Below, piece after piece: positions 63,040 to 64,000 of a stretch of 64,000 nucleotides of DNA; position 1 is the first letter of the stretch; each line of letters starts with the position of its first letter. The notes beneath the pieces were generated by a model. That model was not told the DNA's origin, searched no databases, and saw only the letters and a program-made list of their open reading frames with translations. The stretch comes from Atractiella rhizophila (Eukaryota): assembly GCA_021432655.1 (NCBI GenBank), contig MU271303.1, positions 1 through 64,000 on the forward strand, in the 5' to 3' direction. Both the position numbers and the translations under genes were made by a program.

Positions 63040-64000
63040 CACTGGGATTCCCAATTGTCGTCAAAACCGATTGTCGCTCGCTCCTAACCATACTTAAAAA
63101 TAAAAAGTTGAGTCCCAGGCATGAGCGTTGGAGGGAATGCCTAATCACCCACAACATCTGCTGCATTGAACACGTCTCAGTTAATGTGAACTATTGCTGC
63201 GATATGATGTCCCTAGCACCAGTGGAAGAAGCTGGGAAGGAGACATCAGAATCATGGATGGAGACAGAAGGGTCAAAGGACGAGTCGTTCCAAGAAGCAC
63301 TAGGGCAGAAGCAATGGGCGACGATAGTTAAGGAAGTATGTATGTTTGGGAAACTGGTTTGCAAGGTAGCAATAGCATGTGAATCACTTTTTGATGGGCT
63401 GTGATGTCATCGAACGAGAAAGTTGAGCTCAGAGTCTGCATCTTTAACAAAGACGTAAACCATGCCGACCCACCACTTCACGCAATGTTCGACAGAGGTG
63501 GAACCTTCAACAATGGGGAACTGAAAACGAGAATCAAGGAGGTTGGGACGATCACGCACTTCACGCCAGCTCTGCAACCATCGACGAACGGGTTTCTGGA
63601 GAACAAAAATCACATCTACCTCGAGTGATGCAGGAAAAATGCACCTGTGGGAGAAACGGACGCGAGCAGCACCTGGGCCCTCAGGTTGGATGAAGACATA
63701 AACTCCCTCAACTGAGACAAGATTAGAAGCCACAGCTTCATGCCCACGGAGCTACTCCATGGATGGAACCCATTGGACAGGTACACACTTATGCCGGAGG
63801 ATGTGAGGGACCGGTGGAGGGTGAAAAGGAACCGACAAGAAAGGAGATTGAGGTATCTGGGATGGTTGAAGGCAAAAAGGGAACAAGCATTCATTAACAG
63901 GGTCAAGTACACGGCATAGATGAAGTAGAATTTCGATAAACACATAAACCCCATCAAATTCAAGGTAAATGATCTTGTCATAGTGCTGGACAGCACTATC
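63040..64000 (+). mobile_element. Degenerate Gypsy pol fragment (RNase H end + integrase), family B
   Basis: VVKTDCRSLL...LSPRHERWRE, then integrase core homologous to 52920-53590. Confidence 0.75.

Overview
Eukaryotic, intron-rich fungal DNA. The short (~45-60 nt) introns and the gene families point to a basidiomycete (inference). There is an assembly gap at 4176-4611. The left end is ordinary: a secreted Ser/Thr-rich protein, a GH76 glycoside hydrolase and an Nbl1/Borealin-like gene. From ~5.5 to ~55 kb the window is a birth-and-death array of one repeated unit: a conserved upstream element, an SDR oxidoreductase (+), a small patatin-like gene (-) and an uncharacterised ~570-aa helical protein (here 'ESIHNH family', -). 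Two copies of a large patatin with a long helical N-terminal extension and an F-box/LRR pseudogene are interspersed. Most copies are broken by deletions, inversions, duplications bounded by long direct repeats, a MITE, solo LTRs and a Plavaka-like relic. The right end holds a degenerate chromodomain Ty3/Gypsy element that appears to self-prime and carries an antisense Cys-rich ORF. The best candidate for an undescribed system is the SDR + patatin + helical-protein cluster, possibly a cell-death, non-self-recognition or toxin locus; that function is inferred, not shown.
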